A stretch of DNA of 39,753 nucleotides from contig JBAXWQ010000001.1 in the NCBI GenBank assembly GCA_037128315.1, positions 1-39,753 on the forward strand, read 5' to 3'. Shown here piece after piece: positions 9,877-18,301 of the stretch. How positions within the stretch are numbered: position 1 is the stretch's first letter; each line of letters begins with the position of its first letter. The notes beneath the pieces were generated by a model. The model saw nothing but the letters and a program-made list of their open reading frames with translations. It had not been told where the DNA came from and searched no databases. The position numbers were made by a program, and so were the translations under genes. The DNA comes from Opitutia bacterium. GTDB lineage: Bacteria; Verrucomicrobiota; Verrucomicrobiia; Opitutales; Opitutaceae.

Positions 9877-9895
9877 GAAGGTGATGAGGCGATCG

Positions 9896-9998
9896 ACCCA
9901 CCCCGCCCTGCGGGCACCCCTCTCAAGCGGGGACCCTGAACGAACACGCTCTCCTGGTCCCCTCTATGAAGAGGGGTGGCGCGAAGCGACGGGGTGTG
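9896..9998. repeat. Inverted-repeat element with CACCCCG/CACCCCTCT arms in the nuoL-nuoM spacer
   Basis: Left CACCCCG-CCCTGCGGG-CACCCCTCT-CAAGC-GGGGACC vs reverse complement of right CACCCCG-TCGCTTCGCGC-CACCCCTCT-TCATAGA-GGGGACC. Confidence 0.8.
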
Positions 9999-10014
9999 CA
10001 GGGAGCAGTTCATC

Positions 10015-11877
10015 TCAGAAAACCCCGGCCGCGAAGGCCCAGAGCAGGGCGGCGCCGAGCAGGAACCAGTAGACATACGTGTGCAGGCTGCCGGTGGAGA
10101 GGGCGCGGGCACCGTAGCCGACCAAGCCGACCACCCCGGCGAAACCACGAATCAGGAGCCCGGCGAGGAAGATCTGCTCGAGGAAGTTCAGCAGCATGGC
10201 GAAGCGCTGCTGGATTTTCGCCACGTAATAGTTGTAGGTCCGGTCGAAGGAATCCCGCAGCCAGGTGAGCCCGCTGAAGATCACGCGGGACTTCTTCTCC
10301 AACGCATCCTCGGCCGCGGCCGGGTAGAAGAGCCACGCCGTCCCCGCGCCGATCAGCATGACCGCAAGGGAGACCAGGAGGATCGTGGTGTGGGCGGAAC
10401 CGTGGGCCTCCGGCACCAGCTCCGCGACCGCGCCGGCGAGCTTGCCAAAGACGCCCGCATAGCCGCCGGCGATGGAAAGCACGGCCAGGAGGACGAGCGG
10501 CAGGGTCATCGAGAGGCCGCTTTCATGGGCGTGCGCCGCGCTCTCGGAACGGGCCTCGCCAAAGAAGGTGATCTTCCACAGGCGGATCATGTAGAAGGCG
10601 GTCAGCACGGCGGTGAGGGCCAGGATGGCGAACACGCCGGTGTTGTTTTCCATCGCAAGATAAAGGATGGCGTCCTTCGAGAAGAAACCCGCCAGCCCGG
10701 GCAGGCCGATGATGGCCAGCACGCCGATCGTGAAGGTAATGAAGGTCAGCGGCATTTTCTTCCGCAGGCCGCCCAGCTTGAAGATATCCTGCTCGTGGTG
10801 GCAGCCGTGGATCACCGAACCGGAGCCCAGGAACATCAGGGCCTTGAAGAAGGCGTGGGTCGTCAGGTGGAACATGGCGGCGCCGACACCGGCGGCCACC
10901 ACATGGGTCGGCAGGTCGATCAGCTCATAGGTGGCGGTGGAGCCCAGCCCGAACGCCGCCACCATGTAGCCGAGTTGGGAGAGCGTGGAGTAGGCCAGCA
11001 CCTTCTTGATGTCCCGCTGCACGATGGCGCAGAGGGCCGCGTAGAACGCCGTGCAGGTGCCGACCCACATGATGACCGTGAGGGCGCCCGGCTCCATGAG
11101 TGGATTGACCCGGCAGAGCATGTAGATACCGGCGGCCACCATGGTCGCCGCATGGATGAGCGCGGACACCGGCGTCGGGCCCTCCATCGCGTCCGGCAGC
11201 CAGACCTGCAGCGGCATCTGGGCGGACTTGCCGACGGCCCCGCAGAAGAGGAGCAGCGCGATGAGGTTGCTGGGAACGTGGTGCTGGCCCAGTTCCGTCA
11301 GGTTCACCGTGCCGTTGGCCCAGTAGCACATGATGATGCCCAGCAGAAAGCCGAAGTCACCGACGCGGTTGACGATGAAGGCCTTCTTCGCGGCCTCCGC
11401 GGCCGACTGCTTCTCATGGTAATGGCCGATCAGCATGTAGGAGCTGAAGCCGACCAGCTCCCAGAAGATGAAAATCATGAACAGATTGTCGGCGAGCACG
11501 ATGCCGAGCATGGAGAACATGAAGATCGACAGGCCGCCGAAGAACCGGGCGCGGGCCACATCGTCGTGCATGTAGCCCAGGGAAAAGACGTGGATGAGGA
11601 AGCCCACCAAGCCCACCACGAAGAGCATGAGCGCCGCCAGGTCATCAAACTTGATGCCCAGCGACACCACAAAGGATCCGAACCGCAGCCATTCGATCGA
11701 GGCCTCGAAGCGCTCCCCGTGCAACAGCAGGATGATGGCGATCGCGGCAATGGCGCCCGCCGTGGCCGTGGAGATCCCCGCGGCCAGCGCCCCGCGCCGC
11801 CGCAGGAACAAGGCGATGATGGTCGCGGAGCACAGCGGCAGCAGGAGCAGGAGAATGGCGTGATCGAGCATGCTCAT
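10015..11877 (-). CDS. nuoL: NADH-quinone oxidoreductase subunit L
   Basis: KAFIVNRVGDFG, GKSAQMPLQVWLPDAMEGPTPVSALIHAATMV and THAFFKALMFLGSG motifs. Confidence 0.97.
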   Translation of the reverse strand: MSMLDHAILLLLLPLCSATIIALFLRRRGALAAGISTATAGAIAAIAIILLLHGERFEASIEWLRFGSFVVSLGIKFDDLAALMLFVVGLVGFLIHVFSLGYMHDDVARARFFGGLSIFMFSMLGIVLADNLFMIFIFWELVGFSSYMLIGHYHEKQSAAEAAKKAFIVNRVGDFGFLLGIIMCYWANGTVNLTELGQHHVPSNLIALLLFCGAVGKSAQMPLQVWLPDAMEGPTPVSALIHAATMVAAGIYMLCRVNPLMEPGALTVIMWVGTCTAFYAALCAIVQRDIKKVLAYSTLSQLGYMVAAFGLGSTATYELIDLPTHVVAAGVGAAMFHLTTHAFFKALMFLGSGSVIHGCHHEQDIFKLGGLRKKMPLTFITFTIGVLAIIGLPGLAGFFSKDAILYLAMENNTGVFAILALTAVLTAFYMIRLWKITFFGEARSESAAHAHESGLSMTLPLVLLAVLSIAGGYAGVFGKLAGAVAELVPEAHGSAHTTILLVSLAVMLIGAGTAWLFYPAAAEDALEKKSRVIFSGLTWLRDSFDRTYNYYVAKIQQRFAMLLNFLEQIFLAGLLIRGFAGVVGLVGYGARALSTGSLHTYVYWFLLGAALLWAFAAGVF

Positions 11878-11886
11878 GGGCCGAAG

Positions 11887-12009
11887 CAGCGGGTAGCGAG
11901 TAGCGGGTAGCGAGGAGAAGGCCGGCCGGCCTCATACGCTTTCAGCGCCATTCGGTATTGGTGGTAAAGTTTCATATGCTCGCTACTCGCTAGTCACTAC
12001 TCGCTACTA
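11887..12009. repeat. Inverted pair of heptamer arrays (TAGCGRG)n
   Basis: CAGCGGG TAGCGAG TAGCGGG TAGCGAG at 11887-11914 and CTCGCTA CTCGCTA GTCACTA CTCGCTA CTA at 11979-12009. The right arm starts at the nuoK TAG stop. Confidence 0.85.
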
Positions 12010-12309
12010 ATGTTTGAGGTGGTTCAATTCCTCGAACTGCACCGTGTGGCGCTTCCGGAAGAGCGCGACGATGATGGCGAGGCCGACGGCGACCTCGGCC
12101 GCCGCGATGGTGAGGATGAAAAACACGAACACATTGCCGTCGAGCGTGCCGTTGAAATGGGAGAACGCCACCAGCGCGAGGGTCGAGGCGATGAGCATCA
12201 GCTCGAGGCACATGTAGACGATGAGCGTGTTCTTGCGCAGCAGCACCCCGAGGAAGCCGAGGGCAAAGAGCAGCGCGCTCAAATGCAGGTATTGGTTCAG
12301 GCCGATCAT
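12007..12309 (-). CDS. nuoK: NADH-quinone oxidoreductase subunit K
   Basis: 100 aa, three TM segments, MCLELML and [12 protein letters not shown] motifs. Confidence 0.97.
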   Translation of the reverse strand: MIGLNQYLHLSALLFALGFLGVLLRKNTLIVYMCLELMLIASTLALVAFSHFNGTLDGNVFVFFILTIAAAEVAVGLAIIVALFRKRHTVQFEELNHLKH

Positions 12310-12812
12310 GACGCATCCTCCGGGGTGTGGAGCTTCTTGCTCAGCACGATCACGCCGAGCATGGCAATAAGGAGCATGAAGCCCACGACCTGCACGGGCA
12401 GGAGGTAGGTGGTGAAGAGCTGTTCCGCGTAATTTTTAAGGGTCGGACCGGCCCCGGGGGCGGCGGCGGCGGGGAACTGCGCCCGATGGTAAAGCGACAG
12501 GACGCCCACGACCAGCAGGGCCCCGCCGAGCGCCGAAGCGGCGAGCGTGGTTTTCTGGAAGGGTTTCTGCGCCCCGGGCCGGGTGTCGAGCAGCATGATG
12601 ATGAAGAGGAACAGCGCGACGACGGCGCCGGCGTAGACCAGCAGCAGCACAAAGGCCAGCAGGGCAGCGTTGAGCAGCACAAACAGGCCGGCCACCCCCA
12701 CCAGGCTGAGGAGCAGGCCCATGGCGGCGTTGACCGGATTCTTGCTCACCACCACCAGCCCGGCACAGGCCAGGGTGACAAACGCGAAGGTGTAGAATAG
12801 CAGGTTGGTCAT
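12306..12812 (-). CDS. nuoJ: NADH-quinone oxidoreductase subunit J
   Basis: KNPVNAA and [19 protein letters not shown] motifs. Confidence 0.96.
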   Translation of the reverse strand: MTNLLFYTFAFVTLACAGLVVVSKNPVNAAMGLLLSLVGVAGLFVLLNAALLAFVLLLVYAGAVVALFLFIIMLLDTRPGAQKPFQKTTLAASALGGALLVVGVLSLYHRAQFPAAAAPGAGPTLKNYAEQLFTTYLLPVQVVGFMLLIAMLGVIVLSKKLHTPEDAS

Positions 12813-12815
12813 GGC

Positions 12816-13355
12816 TCAGTGGGCGTTGCCGTGCTCGGCGGCGGCCTTTTTCTTGTCCCACTTATGATGCGAGTCGGGCAGCGTGCCGCCAAGCTCGTAC
12901 AGCCGGGCCTTGTTGTTGACCATCTCCGCCCGGGTGTAGCCGCTCATCGAATATTGGTTCTGGAGGAAAATCGCCTCCTCCGGACAAACCTCCTGGCAGA
13001 GGCCGCAATAGATGCAGCGGAGCATGTCGATGTCGAAGGCCTGGGGGGCCTTCTCGACATGGGCGCGCTCCGGCTCGTCGGCCGGCACCGCGCCCGGGGT
13101 GATGCGGATGGCCTTGGGCGGACAAACAAACTCGCACAGCTGGCAGGAAACGCATCTTTCGCGGCCGTTCGGATCCAGCACCAGCGTCGGCACCCCGCGA
13201 TAGCCCGGCGGGATGGGCGGGCGCTCCTCCGGGTACGACAGCGTGACATTCCGCGAGAAAAGATGCTTCAGCGTGATCCGCATGCCCGCGAAGATCTGCG
13301 GCAGGTAAAAACGTTCCGCGAGGGTCAGGGGTTTGCGATCGACGACGTAGGACAT
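12816..13355 (-). CDS. nuoI: NADH-quinone oxidoreductase subunit I
   Basis: Two ferredoxin motifs, CVSCQLCEFVCP and CIYCGLCQEVCP. Confidence 0.97.
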   Translation of the reverse strand: MSYVVDRKPLTLAERFYLPQIFAGMRITLKHLFSRNVTLSYPEERPPIPPGYRGVPTLVLDPNGRERCVSCQLCEFVCPPKAIRITPGAVPADEPERAHVEKAPQAFDIDMLRCIYCGLCQEVCPEEAIFLQNQYSMSGYTRAEMVNNKARLYELGGTLPDSHHKWDKKKAAAEHGNAH

Positions 13356-13372
13356 GGCGGCGGAAATTATTT

Positions 13373-13556
13373 AACGACGGATGACACGGAGGGGCCCGGA
13401 TCAACGACCCGATCCGTCCCGAGTGTCATCCTGAACGGAGTGAAGGATCCATCATGATTCACGCCGACGCACGTCCCGCTGGATCCTTCGCTGCGCTCAG
13501 GATGACAGGTGTCGGTGGTTTGTTTTCTATCCGTGATCATCAGTGAAATCCGTGGT
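13373..13556. repeat. Inverted pair of 9/10-mer periodic arms (CACGGAT type) filling the nuoH-nuoI spacer
   Basis: Plus strand ACGACGGAT GACACGGAG GGGCCCGGAT. Minus strand, directly from the nuoH TGA: ACCACGGAT TTCACTGAT GATCACGGAT. Both arms have 9-9-10 spacing. Confidence 0.7.
13424..13507. repeat. TGTCAT-tagged palindromic doublet, copy 1
   Basis: TGTCATCCTGAACGGAGTGAAGGATCC ... GGATCCTTCGCTGCGCTCAGGATGACA. Confidence 0.9.
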
Positions 13557-14701
13557 CAACTCCGGGTCTGCAGCCACGCGATGGCGAGAGCGTAGACAAT
13601 GAGGTTGCCGATGGCGAGCGGCAGCAGCTTCTGCCAGCCGAGCTTCATGACCTGGTCATAGCGGAAACGCGGCACGGTCCAGCGCACCCACATGAACAGG
13701 AAGATGAAAAACAACAGCTTGCTGAGGAAAAACCCGATCGACAGCGCCCCGAGCACGACCGGGTTGCCGGCCAGATGGAGCCAGTCGGCGACGACCGCCA
13801 GCGGCAGCCACGGCAGCGGATTCCAGCCCCCGAGGAAGAGCAGGGTGAACACGCCGGAGCCGATGAGCATGTGCGAGTACTCGGCCACGAAGAACAGGCC
13901 CCATTTCAGGGAGCCGTATTCCGTGTGGAAGCCGCCCACGAGGTCGGCCTCGCCCTCGGCCATGTCGAAGGGCAACCGGTTGGTCTCGGCGAAAAGCGAG
14001 ACGAGAAACACCAGCGCCGCCACCGGCATGGTGAAGATGAACCACACCCCCGACTGGGCCTGCACGACGTCGAACAGGCTGAGCGTGCCGTTGCCGCCCG
14101 GGACATTGATCCAGAGGAAAACCGGCAGCACGGACAGCGTCATCGACAGTTCATACGAGATGAGCTGCGCCGAGGCGCGCACGCCGCCGAGGAAGGGATA
14201 TTTGGAATTCGAGGCCCAGCCGGCCAGAATCAGCGAGTAGACGCCAAGCGAGGACACGGCGAAGACGGCCAAGATGCCGACGTCGACATTCGCCAGGATC
14301 AAAGGGACCAGCTGGCCGGCCTCGTTGAGATAGGCGCCGAACGGCACGGCGCAGACCGTCGTCAGGGCGGGGATCATCGCCACGATGGGGGCGAGGACGA
14401 AATAAAACTTGTTCACGTGGCCCGGGATCGGGTCCTCCTTGAAAAACATCTTGCCGCCATCCGCCATGAGGTGGAAGACCCCGAGCCGCTGGAGGAAAGG
14501 CCCGATGACCGGCAGCCAGGCCATCCAGAACGGGATGGCCCGATTCGGACCGGGCCGGCCCTGCATGGCGGCAGAGATCTTGCGCTCGATGAGCGAGCAG
14601 GCCCCGCCAAAAGGGAAGAGAAAGCCGATCACCGCCAGGCCCTTGATGGCCATCTGCAGCAGTGGGTGGAGCCCGGACCAGAGTTGGAGCACGGCACTCA
14701 T
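13556..14701 (-). CDS. nuoH: NADH-quinone oxidoreductase subunit H
   Basis: ERKISAAMQGRPGPNR, GWASNSKYPFLGGVRASAQLISYE and AETNRLPFD motifs. Confidence 0.97.
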   Translation of the reverse strand: MSAVLQLWSGLHPLLQMAIKGLAVIGFLFPFGGACSLIERKISAAMQGRPGPNRAIPFWMAWLPVIGPFLQRLGVFHLMADGGKMFFKEDPIPGHVNKFYFVLAPIVAMIPALTTVCAVPFGAYLNEAGQLVPLILANVDVGILAVFAVSSLGVYSLILAGWASNSKYPFLGGVRASAQLISYELSMTLSVLPVFLWINVPGGNGTLSLFDVVQAQSGVWFIFTMPVAALVFLVSLFAETNRLPFDMAEGEADLVGGFHTEYGSLKWGLFFVAEYSHMLIGSGVFTLLFLGGWNPLPWLPLAVVADWLHLAGNPVVLGALSIGFFLSKLLFFIFLFMWVRWTVPRFRYDQVMKLGWQKLLPLAIGNLIVYALAIAWLQTRS

Positions 14702-16461
14702 GCGGTGGCCACCGCCGGGGCGGCGGGTTTGAAGTGCAGCGTCTCGCCCTCAATGAAGGGCAGCGCCGCCCACGGCGTGCCATCAAGCAGCAAGCCGGTG
14801 GAGGGAAGATTGGCGTAGGTGACGGTCGCCAGCGGCTTCACCCCGGCGGCGAGCGCGGTCCAGAGTTGACCCAGGTCGGCGGGCAATCGGGCGCCCCCGA
14901 CCGCCGCGAGCAGGGTGCTGAGCGTCACGAGGTCATCGGCCACACCGGACTGCGCGGGCACGGCCTTCGCGAATTTCTGGAGGCGGAATTGCTGGTTCAC
15001 GAAGGTCCCCGCCTTCTCGAACACCGTGAGTGTCGGGACCACCACCTGGGCCGCGGCGCTGGTGGCATTCTGGTGGGTGCCCAGGTAGACGATCGCCACC
15101 TTGGCCAATTGGGCGGTGGTCAGGCCGGCGGCGGTTAGATCCTCCCCGATCGACAGGATGGTCTTCACGTTGCCGGCGTCGATCTCCGCTCCCAGCGCGG
15201 TGAGTTGGGCGGTCGGCAGCGCGCAGATGAGGCCGGTGACGAGCGCACCGCGGACGTTCGGATTGCGGTCGGCGGAGACGAGAATCCTGTCACCCTGCCC
15301 CACCCGGCTGACGAGCGAGACCGGGGCCTTGAGCACATCGGCCAGCTGGCGGGTGAGATACTGCTCCTCGACGGTGCTGCGACCGGAACCGACAATCGCC
15401 ACACCTTTCTGGTAGGGCGAGTCCTCCGGACGAGCCGTAGTCGTGGTGCGCGGCTCGTCGGGGACGACTCGCCCTACCAACAGATCCGCGGCGGCCTTCA
15501 AGGCCTTTTCATTGGTCGCAGCCTCGCCGTTGATTGACGCAGTCGCCAGACGGTCGGCCGCCTTGACCTGCTTGTAGAGCACGCGGCCGGAATCGGCCAT
15601 CCACGTGTCATTGACATCATCGTTCTGGCGCGGGGTGATCCGGTAAATCGTCCCTTCGCGGCTCCAGACCTCGGTGTTCACCCCGACCGACGACTCCGGG
15701 TCGATCCCCGGCGTCTGCTTGAGGAACCAGACGCGCATCTTGAACCGGAAATCGGTGCTGGTGAGCGCGCCGACCGGGCAGATGTCAACGGTGTTGAGCG
15801 AGTAATTGTTCTCGAGCTTCTTGCCCGGGTAGCAGGTCAGCGTGCTGTAGCTCCCGCGGTCGATGAAGCCGAGCACATCGTCCTTCGCGACCTCCTTGCT
15901 GAAGCGGACGCAGCGCGAGCACAGGATGCAGCGCTCGTCGTCGAGGGTGACGCGCGGCCCGAGCTGGGTGCGCTTGGGCTTTACGTTCTTCTGCTCGACG
16001 AAACGCGAGTAACCGCGGCCATAGGCGGTGGAATGTTCCTGCAGCTTGCACTCGCCGGCCTGGTCGCAGATCGGGCAGTCGAGCGGGTGGTTGATGAGCA
16101 GAAATTCGGTGACGCTGTTGCGGCATTCCTGCACCGCGGGGGTGTTGGTGCGGATGTGGAGGCCGGGCGAGGCGTTGGTCGCGCAGGCGATCGTGGGACG
16201 CGGCATCCAGTTGACCTTCTGCTTGCCCGTGGCCGGGTCCATGATCGGCGCCTTCGTGGTGGGGTCGACCGCCGGCGTGCCCATTTCGACCAGGCACATG
16301 CGGCAGTTGCCGGACACGGTGAGTTTCGGGTGGTAGCAATAGTGCGGCACCTCGACACTGGCCAGACGGGCGGCCTCGATCATGTTCGTGCCCTTCGGCA
16401 CGGCGATGTCCTTGCCGTCAACATTGACGGTCACGAGGTCGGGTTTGGGCGGAGCGATCAT
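14698..16461 (-). CDS. nuoG: NADH-quinone oxidoreductase subunit G (short form, carrying a 22-codon REP-derived insert)
   Basis: PHYCYHPKL...GNCRMCLVE, NHPLDCPICDQAGECKLQ, ERCILCSRCVRF and DICPVGAL motifs. Start taken at MIAPPK (ATG 16461) because the longer ORF starts inside a repeat. Confidence 0.95.
   Translation of the reverse strand: MIAPPKPDLVTVNVDGKDIAVPKGTNMIEAARLASVEVPHYCYHPKLTVSGNCRMCLVEMGTPAVDPTTKAPIMDPATGKQKVNWMPRPTIACATNASPGLHIRTNTPAVQECRNSVTEFLLINHPLDCPICDQAGECKLQEHSTAYGRGYSRFVEQKNVKPKRTQLGPRVTLDDERCILCSRCVRFSKEVAKDDVLGFIDRGSYSTLTCYPGKKLENNYSLNTVDICPVGALTSTDFRFKMRVWFLKQTPGIDPESSVGVNTEVWSREGTIYRITPRQNDDVNDTWMADSGRVLYKQVKAADRLATASINGEAATNEKALKAAADLLVGRVVPDEPRTTTTARPEDSPYQKGVAIVGSGRSTVEEQYLTRQLADVLKAPVSLVSRVGQGDRILVSADRNPNVRGALVTGLICALPTAQLTALGAEIDAGNVKTILSIGEDLTAAGLTTAQLAKVAIVYLGTHQNATSAAAQVVVPTLTVFEKAGTFVNQQFRLQKFAKAVPAQSGVADDLVTLSTLLAAVGGARLPADLGQLWTALAAGVKPLATVTYANLPSTGLLLDGTPWAALPFIEGETLHFKPAAPAVATA
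15412..15477. repeat. GTAGGGCG-type REP doublet inserted in frame within nuoG
   Basis: GTAGGGCGAGTCCTCCGGACGAGCCG-tagtcgtggtgcg-CGGCTCGTCGGGGACGACTCGCCCTAC. 66 bp, read as VGRVVPDEPRTTTTARPEDSPY. Confidence 0.88.
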
Positions 16462-16477
16462 TACGGAATGAGGATTA

Positions 16478-16547
16478 GCCCACGGAACACACGGAAGGAT
16501 CAATCCATTTGGTTTTCATTTCTGTGTATTCCGTGTGTTCCGTGGGC
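16478..16547. repeat. Inverted pair of 9-mer arrays (CACACGGAA type) in the nuoF-nuoG spacer
   Basis: GCCCACGGAA CACACGGAA ... TTCTGTGTA TTCCGTGTG TTCCGTGGGC. Confidence 0.85.
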
Positions 16548-16553
16548 AAAAAA

Positions 16554-17915
16554 TCAGATCAGTTCGACCGATTCGGCGGGCTTAGCCGTCTGCTTGGTCG
16601 TGGGGTAGCTTTTGAACTCGTCCCCAAACTTCGCCAGGAAGCTCTGGGTGGGCCAGGAGCAGGCCTCGCCGAAGGCGCAGATGGTGCGGCCGGGAATCTG
16701 GTCGGCCACGCCCTTGAGGAGCGCGGCGTCCTCGGCGCGGGCGGTGCCGTGCACCATGCGGGTGGTGATCTTCTTCATCCACAGCGAACCCTCGCGGCAG
16801 GGCGTGCACTGGCCGCAGCTCTCGTGCGAGTAGAACGCGTTGATGTTGGCCAGGGCCTCGACCATGTTGACGGAGTCATCCATGACGATGACCCCGCCCG
16901 AGCCGCCCATGGTGCCGATCATGCCGAGCGAATCGAAGTCCATCGGGACGTCCTCCACGCCCCAGTCGTAATCGACCATTTCCGCCCCGACCTTGCGCTT
17001 GCCCTTGAAGCGCTCGCCGAAGCGCAGGATCTTGGCGGAGGAACCGCCGGGAATGACGGCCTTGAAGGTGCGCCCGGGCAGCGGACCGCCGCAGACCTCG
17101 TGCAGCAACTGCCCCAGCGTGATCTTCCCCGCCTCAAACTCGTAGTATCCCGGTTTCTGCACGTGGCCGGAAACGCAGAAGATGCGCGTGCCGGTGTTGT
17201 TCGGCGTGCCGATCTTGGCGTAGGCCTCGCCGCCCATGTCCGCGATGTGCTTCACGTGGCAGAGCGTCTCGACGTTGTTGACGATCGTCGGGCACTGGTA
17301 GAGGCCGAGGACGGCGGGAAAATACGGCGGCTTGATGCGCGGGTTGGCCCGCTTGCCCTCGAGCGACTCGATCAGGCCGGTCTCCTCGCCGCAGATGTAG
17401 GCCCCGGCGCCGCGGTGGACGAAAATGTCACAGGAGTAGCCCGAGCCGAGGATGTTTTTCCCGACGAGGTTGGCCGCCCGCGCCTCGGCGATGGCCTTTT
17501 CCAGAATGCGGGCCCCGTGCGGCATCTCGCCCCGGATGTAGATGTAGGCCTGCTGCACGTTGTTCGCGAAGCAGGAGATCATCGTGCCCTCGATCAGTTG
17601 GTGCGGATCCTGGTGGATGATGTAGCGATCCTTGAAGGTGCCCGGCTCCGACTCGTCGGCGTTGACGATGAGATAGATCGGCTTGCCGCTCTTGCGGTCG
17701 ACAAGCGTCCACTTCAGGCCGCAGGAGAACCCGGCGCCACCGCGGCCGCGGAGGCCGGACTTCTTGACCTCGTCCATCAGCTCGGCCGGCGGCCGGGCGA
17801 AGGCCTGCTTCATCACCGTGTAACCCCCGTGCTTCAGGTAGCAGGCGAGATCAGGGGTGTAGCCCCGCTCATCAATGTGGGCGAAGATCAGGCGGCGTTG
17901 GACGGGGGCGGGCAT
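16554..17915 (-). CDS. nuoF: NADH-quinone oxidoreductase subunit F
   Basis: SGLRGRGGAGF, NADESEPGTFKDR, GAGAYICGEETGL and HESCGQCTPCREG motifs. Confidence 0.98.
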   Translation of the reverse strand: MPAPVQRRLIFAHIDERGYTPDLACYLKHGGYTVMKQAFARPPAELMDEVKKSGLRGRGGAGFSCGLKWTLVDRKSGKPIYLIVNADESEPGTFKDRYIIHQDPHQLIEGTMISCFANNVQQAYIYIRGEMPHGARILEKAIAEARAANLVGKNILGSGYSCDIFVHRGAGAYICGEETGLIESLEGKRANPRIKPPYFPAVLGLYQCPTIVNNVETLCHVKHIADMGGEAYAKIGTPNNTGTRIFCVSGHVQKPGYYEFEAGKITLGQLLHEVCGGPLPGRTFKAVIPGGSSAKILRFGERFKGKRKVGAEMVDYDWGVEDVPMDFDSLGMIGTMGGSGGVIVMDDSVNMVEALANINAFYSHESCGQCTPCREGSLWMKKITTRMVHGTARAEDAALLKGVADQIPGRTICAFGEACSWPTQSFLAKFGDEFKSYPTTKQTAKPAESVELI

Positions 17916-17919
17916 CGGG

Positions 17920-17974
17920 GATTTTCGATTTCTGGATTAGAATGTCGCTTCGCTCGGTACTCGATTTTCGATTG
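17920..17974. repeat. Single-orientation (orphan) heptamer array, AAATCGA type, interrupted
   Basis: Minus strand CAATCGA AAATCGA-gtaccgagcgaagcgacattct-AATCCAG AAATCGA AAATC, immediately before the nuoF start. Confidence 0.6.
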
Positions 17975-17986
17975 GCCGGACCGAGG

Positions 17987-18301
17987 TCAGGGCTTGTCGT
18001 CGAGGACGATCTCGATGCCCCCGGTCCAGCGGGCGGCGAGGTTGTAGACCATGGCCAGGAGCACGCCGACGAGGAAGCCGCCGACGGCGTGGATGAAGGG
18101 CATGAAGAGCGAGGCGGCGCCGGCGAACAGCCACGGGATGCCCAGCAGCTTGGGGGCGTAGGCCGTGTCCGCGACCGTGAAGGCCGCGCCGAGGGTCGCG
18201 AGCATGATCGGCGCCACGATCATCCCGATGAAGCCGTTGATCAGGCCGAGCACGAGCCCGAAGCGGATGGGCGGAATCTGGAGGATGCGGAATTTTTTCA
18301 T
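17987..18301 (-). CDS. Small membrane protein (DUF3566-like) inside the nuo operon
   Basis: MKKFRILQIPP..., two to three hydrophobic segments, C-terminal YNLAARWTGGIEIVL. Its ATG overlaps the nuoE TGA (ATGA). Confidence 0.75.
   Translation of the reverse strand: MKKFRILQIPPIRFGLVLGLINGFIGMIVAPIMLATLGAAFTVADTAYAPKLLGIPWLFAGAASLFMPFIHAVGGFLVGVLLAMVYNLAARWTGGIEIVLDDKP

Noticed and set aside
16462-16503. N-terminal extension of NuoG (MILPCVPWANPHSV) in the ORF track
   Set aside because: It reads through a 9-mer repeat arm; ATG 16461 gives a normal start.
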